Shown: piece after piece, positions 59,952-64,000 of the stretch
How the letters are laid out: each line of letters starts with the position of its first letter
Position numbering within the stretch: the first letter of the stretch is position 1
NCBI GenBank assembly: GCA_964646255.1
Contig: CAZYDI010000006.1
Location: forward strand, 5,142 to 69,141
Direction of reading: 5' to 3'
DNA: 64,000 nt
Source of the DNA: an uncultured Bacteroidales bacterium
GTDB taxonomy: Bacteria; Bacteroidota; Bacteroidia; Bacteroidales; UBA10428
Notes under the pieces: model-generated
Database searches by the model: none
What the model saw: the letters and a program-made list of their open reading frames with translations, nothing else
What the model was told of the DNA's origin: nothing
Made by a program: the position numbers and the translations under genes

Positions 59952-60021
59952 CCACAGGGTAAAGCCATTTTAAGTAAATTGCAATCCTTTAAAGCAGGTT
60001 TTGTTTAAATAAGTATACGAC

Positions 60022-61197
60022 ATGAAAGGCTTAAAATCTTGGTTATTGATGGCAGTGCTTTGCTTATCACTACCCTTATTGTCTCAAAGCATTCCAAACG
60101 ACTATAAAAAACTATACCTCGACGTACGAAAGGCCATATTATATCCGGCAGCATACAATGATGAAAAGTACCTTGAATTTTTCGAACAGTGGATGGCTAT
60201 TGACCGGAGCGATTCCTATAACAACCTGCTTAAGCAAACTGCAAATCCTGACGTTGCACTTCGCAAGGCACTGGATAGCCTGAAAACCGCATTTGAGGCT
60301 TTGGTTCAAATTCATCCTTACCATGAGGTTGCCCTGGATATATGGAAGGGGCATGACATTCCTATTCCCGGAGGAATTGAAGATAATTCGCTTGACAGTG
60401 CCGATGCATGGTTGGCTGATGATCCGGAATTCCGGCCGTTTCTGATGGATTATCGGTTGAAGGAACCTTCAAACGCAAAAGGAACCATTATAACCATTCC
60501 TTCCATACGTGGAGCATATGATGAACTAACCCTGGTGGCAAGAGTATTCAATGAATTGGGATTTAATGTTTTCGCACTGCAGGGCCGGATGAACACAGTA
60601 GACGGGTATTATTACGGGCTGGTCTTTGATGCCCAGCGCGCTATAAGATACATCCGTTTTCATGCTGAAGAACTGGGAATTGATCCTGCAAAAATAGCAT
60701 CTATCGGTGGCAGCAAAGGAAATTTTACGCATATTATGAGTTATGAGTATTTCGATAAAACACCGGCGTATATGGCAAATGAAGTGTTTAATAAACCACT
60801 CAAAGATTATGTATGCGACAGGATAGACAGTGTTCCATCCAATGTTTCGGCATTGATTTTCTCCTATGGATCATTTTTGCTTGGCAATGGCTTTAGCGAA
60901 CAGGCCATCCTGAACAGTCATATTTACAGCAAAGAAATGTTTGAAGCCGGTTTTCGTTTTCCGCATATTATGGTTTTGGCAGGTAACTACGATCACATGG
61001 ACGCACCTCACTTACCCGGGGTAATCAATGCACTGTACAGGTATAACCGTTTACCGGATAAATTGTATGAAATCGGCTATGAAATTCATTTGTCCGATAA
61101 AGTCGAACATGGATTCGGGTCAGGGTATAAATACCCTAACATGTTCAGAATATGGGATGCAGTGGGTACCTTTCTGGAAATGAACCTCGGGCGCTGA
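60022..61197 (+). CDS. Alpha/beta hydrolase, secreted
   Basis: The 391-aa product has a signal peptide. A nucleophile elbow GGSKG (GxSxG) and a downstream HGFGSG are present. Confidence 0.65.
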   Translation: MKGLKSWLLMAVLCLSLPLLSQSIPNDYKKLYLDVRKAILYPAAYNDEKYLEFFEQWMAIDRSDSYNNLLKQTANPDVALRKALDSLKTAFEALVQIHPYHEVALDIWKGHDIPIPGGIEDNSLDSADAWLADDPEFRPFLMDYRLKEPSNAKGTIITIPSIRGAYDELTLVARVFNELGFNVFALQGRMNTVDGYYYGLVFDAQRAIRYIRFHAEELGIDPAKIASIGGSKGNFTHIMSYEYFDKTPAYMANEVFNKPLKDYVCDRIDSVPSNVSALIFSYGSFLLGNGFSEQAILNSHIYSKEMFEAGFRFPHIMVLAGNYDHMDAPHLPGVINALYRYNRLPDKLYEIGYEIHLSDKVEHGFGSGYKYPNMFRIWDAVGTFLEMNLGR

Positions 61198-61205
61198 CAG
61201 GTTTG

Positions 61206-63677
61206 CTAAATAAAAAGGTTAAGGTTTGCGCCTTCTGTTCTTTCCAGGTATGATGCAACTCCTCCGATCTGAACGCCATCGATCAATTCAAGGGCATTAA
61301 TTCCCATCAGGTCCATTGACATCTGGCAGGCAACCAGTTCGATGCCATTATCCAGGGCAGTCTGTATCATGTTTTCGAGCGAATCCACGTTTTTGTTTTT
61401 CATGATATTCCTGATCATGTTTCGACCGATACCAGCCATATTCATTTTTGATAAGCCCAGTTTCTTGCTTGATGAGGGCATCATGAAACCAAACATGCTG
61501 CTGATGACATCTTTTTTAACAGCGGGCTTTTCCTGCCTTTTAAGGATGTTCAAACCCCAAAAAGTAAAGAAAATGGTTACCTTTTTGCCTGATGCTATTG
61601 CACCGTTGGCAATGATAAATGTAGCGATTGCTTTATCCAGGTCATCGCTGAAGCAAATCAATGTGGCACCTGAATTATTCCGCATGCCGGATGCAGCAGC
61701 ATGTGGCTCATTTTTACGGACGATGGCAGTTATATCAGCTCCATTCTGACTGCGTTCGATGAGTTCATGACCGGTGACCCTGGTCCATGCTTCCACATCC
61801 TTGTAAAAACCGGGGTCTGTAGCCTTAATCTTTATGGCCTCACCTATATCCAACCGGTCAATTGATTGTTTAAGCCTCAAAATTGGGCCGGGGCATTGCA
61901 GTCCGGTGGCATCAATTTCCTTTATGCCTGTTAATTCTACCGGCCTGAAAACAGGCGGTTTTGTTCCCTGGTATATGTTGTCGTCAAGGCCGATATATCC
62001 GTCACCGAATATATCTTCATTGCTTTGTTTTTGTGTAGCAGTATTGTATGTTTTTATTCCTCCGGAAAGATTGTAAACCCCTTTAAAACCGTGCTGTTTC
62101 AAAATTCTGCATGCAACATGTGCCCTGAGTCCCACGCCACAAAAAACGATGATTTTTTTATCCACCGGCAACGCTTCCAAATGCGAACGCAATTCATCAA
62201 GCGGAATGTTAACCGCATTTTCGATTGTACCGAGAGCATATTCATCGCGCGTTCTGATATCAAGCAGAAAATGGTCCTCGTCCCTGTTCTCAAAAACCGT
62301 TCGCCATGATATAACATCGGTGATTCCCGCAAGGATATTTTCAGCAACCATTCCGGCAATATTTACAGGATCTTTGGCCGATGAATAGGGTGGGGCGTAA
62401 GCATGCTCAATTTCTGCAAGATCATAAATGGTCCCTTTGCGGCGGATGGTTTCAGACAAGAGGTCGATTCTCTTATCAATACCATCATAACCAACAATCT
62501 GTGCACCGAGCAATTGTCCATCCTTGGGAGAGAAGGAGATTTTAACCGACATGGGCATGGCTCCCGGATAGTAACCGGCATGGGAAGAAGAGTGCGTGAT
62601 TGAGTCGGTATGAGGAATTTGCAGTTTGCCAAGGAGTTTTCCTGAAACGCCGGTTGATGCAACGGTTAAGTCGAAAACCTTTGCTATGGCAGTATTGATG
62701 GAGCCTTTATATTTACGCTTGTTGCCGTTTACAAGGTTGTCGGCGACCAGTCGTCCCTGCTTATTAGCCGGTCCGGCAAGGTAGGTAATCATCTTTACAC
62801 CGGTAACCGGGTTCTCATACTCAATGACATCTCCAACAGCGTAGATATCATTATCGGAAGTTTGTAAATACTCATTTACCCATATACCTCCCGTTTCACC
62901 AATTTTAAGTCCGGCTTCTTTCGCAAGACGGCTGTCGGGTTTAACACCGATAGACAAAACAACCATATCAGTTTCAATGGTTCTGGAAGAGCTGAGCGTA
63001 ATTAATATGCGGCCTGATCTTTCGGAAAATGCGCAAACCGATGTATTCAGATAAAACTCAACATTTTTTGTTTTCAGGTGCTGGTGAACCAAAGCGGCCA
63101 TGGAGTAATCAAGCGGTGTCATCACCTGGTCGGCCATTTCAACAATGGTGATTCGTATTCCGCTTTGATGAAGGTTTTCAGCCATTTCAAGACCAATGAA
63201 GCCTGCACCAACAACCACGGCATGCCTGGGTTTTTTCGTTTCGATATAAGTTTTTATCCTGTCGGTATCCGGAACATTGCGCAGGGTAAAAATTCCCTCC
63301 ATGTTGATTCCCGGGAGTGAAGGACGCACCGGTTCAGCCCCGGGAGAGAGAATGAGTTTATCATAATTTTCCTCATATGTTTTCCCGGTGCGTACTTCCT
63401 TCACCGTTACCAGTTTTTTCCCTTTGTCAATGGCAATGACTTCGCTAAAGGTGCGGATATCCACATTAAATCGCTTTCCGAACGATTCGGGGGTTTGAAC
63501 AAATAGGTTGCTTCTTTGCGGGATAGCTCCGCCTATGTAATAAGGCAATCCACAATTGGCATAAGAAATATATTCGCCCCTTTCAAAGATGATGATGGTG
63601 CAATGCTCATTCATTCGCCTGAGCCGTGCAGCTGTTGTAGCTCCACCGGCCACTCCGCCGACAATAAGGTATTTCAT
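61206..63677 (-). CDS. CoA-disulfide/persulfide reductase-like flavoprotein fused to rhodanese, TusA-like and DsrE-like domains
   Basis: The N-terminus reads MKYLIVGGVAGGATTAARL, and the redox Cys lies in SYANCGLPYY. The rhodanese loop is FCGVGLRAH, the TusA motif is GLQCPGP, and the C-terminal region is DsrE/DrsE-like (TIFFTFWGLN...LVACQMSMDLMGI). The start is taken at ATG 63677. Confidence 0.85.
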   Translation of the reverse strand: MKYLIVGGVAGGATTAARLRRMNEHCTIIIFERGEYISYANCGLPYYIGGAIPQRSNLFVQTPESFGKRFNVDIRTFSEVIAIDKGKKLVTVKEVRTGKTYEENYDKLILSPGAEPVRPSLPGINMEGIFTLRNVPDTDRIKTYIETKKPRHAVVVGAGFIGLEMAENLHQSGIRITIVEMADQVMTPLDYSMAALVHQHLKTKNVEFYLNTSVCAFSERSGRILITLSSSRTIETDMVVLSIGVKPDSRLAKEAGLKIGETGGIWVNEYLQTSDNDIYAVGDVIEYENPVTGVKMITYLAGPANKQGRLVADNLVNGNKRKYKGSINTAIAKVFDLTVASTGVSGKLLGKLQIPHTDSITHSSSHAGYYPGAMPMSVKISFSPKDGQLLGAQIVGYDGIDKRIDLLSETIRRKGTIYDLAEIEHAYAPPYSSAKDPVNIAGMVAENILAGITDVISWRTVFENRDEDHFLLDIRTRDEYALGTIENAVNIPLDELRSHLEALPVDKKIIVFCGVGLRAHVACRILKQHGFKGVYNLSGGIKTYNTATQKQSNEDIFGDGYIGLDDNIYQGTKPPVFRPVELTGIKEIDATGLQCPGPILRLKQSIDRLDIGEAIKIKATDPGFYKDVEAWTRVTGHELIERSQNGADITAIVRKNEPHAAASGMRNNSGATLICFSDDLDKAIATFIIANGAIASGKKVTIFFTFWGLNILKRQEKPAVKKDVISSMFGFMMPSSSKKLGLSKMNMAGIGRNMIRNIMKNKNVDSLENMIQTALDNGIELVACQMSMDLMGINALELIDGVQIGGVASYLERTEGANLNLFI

Positions 63678-63917
63678 AGGTGAAATCAATTTTTATATTC
63701 ACAATTCTAAATATACATAAATGTAAATATGTTATATTTTATTGGAATTTGAAAATAAGTAAAAGAAAATTTTTGTTTAATGAATTATGACAGCAATTAG
63801 CAGAGGAGAGTATAAATGAATTCTGGATAGATTCCGGCCGGGATAACTTTCCTGGATACTGGGTTTCTCGCTGCGTTCATCCCGATCCCATTTCCCGTAC
63901 ATCCAACATTCGTGATC

Positions 63918-64000
63918 GGGATTACTCGCTGCGCTTGTGATCTTGAAGGGATTACTCGCTGCGCTCGTGATCTTGAAGGGATTACTCGCTGCGCTCGTGA
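63918..64000. repeat. 30-bp perfect-period tandem repeat (at least 2.8 copies), truncated by window edge
   Basis: The unit GGGATTACTCGCTGCGCTCGTGATCTTGAA occurs at 63918, 63948 and 63978 with one T/C difference at 63936. No spacers separate the copies. A degenerate copy, GGGTTTCTCGCTGCGTTCAT..., lies at 63861. Confidence 0.85.

Noticed and set aside
63918-64000. Possible CRISPR array, given direct repeats of a CRISPR-like 30-bp length
   Set aside because: The copies abut each other with no unique spacers, giving a period of exactly 30 nt. No cas genes lie in the window. It is called a tandem repeat instead.

Overview
The window looks like a gene-dense Bacteroidota-type chromosomal segment. 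Supporting traits are TAnnTTTG -7 promoter boxes, a fused CcsBA, a fused FeoAB, TonB-dependent receptors and an Alternative Complex III. I recognised no rRNA, tRNA, CRISPR array, transposase, integrase, phage gene or defence system. Four themes dominate.

- **Respiration and cytochrome biogenesis (0-24 kb).** This block holds a partial MarC gene, an OYE flavoreductase and a quinol-type NO reductase. A small membrane ORF, ccsBA and the heme O synthase gene are translationally coupled. Convergent to them is an unbroken 11-gene minus-strand array, actABCDEF-SCO-ctaD-coxIII-coxIV-coxII (ACIII plus a caa3 oxidase).
- **MlaEFD lipid-transport operon (24.6-26.9 kb).**
- **Iron, heme and peroxide island (27-45 kb).** It contains fur-bfr-prx and a RIC/YtfE-like di-iron protein overlapping a pseudo-receiver LuxR regulator. 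Next come an OprB-like porin, feoAB and a 57-aa Cys-rich peptide. A TonB receptor, an AmpG-like MFS and hemN-hemY-hemH follow, and then a second, Cys-free Fur paralog with katG. Both fur genes are preceded by near-consensus 7-1-7 Fur boxes.
- **Housekeeping and accessory genes (45-64 kb).** These are nhaA, hom, a Kef-type antiporter, a Tat-DUF362 cluster, an OFA-type MFS with an outer-membrane barrel, and an 824-aa CoA-disulfide-reductase/rhodanese/TusA/DsrE fusion. A 30-bp spacer-less tandem repeat runs off the right edge.

The strongest candidates for undescribed biology are the RIC-like/pseudo-receiver pair and the iron-import/terminal-heme-synthesis operon. All functional calls rest on motif and family recognition by eye, with no database search.
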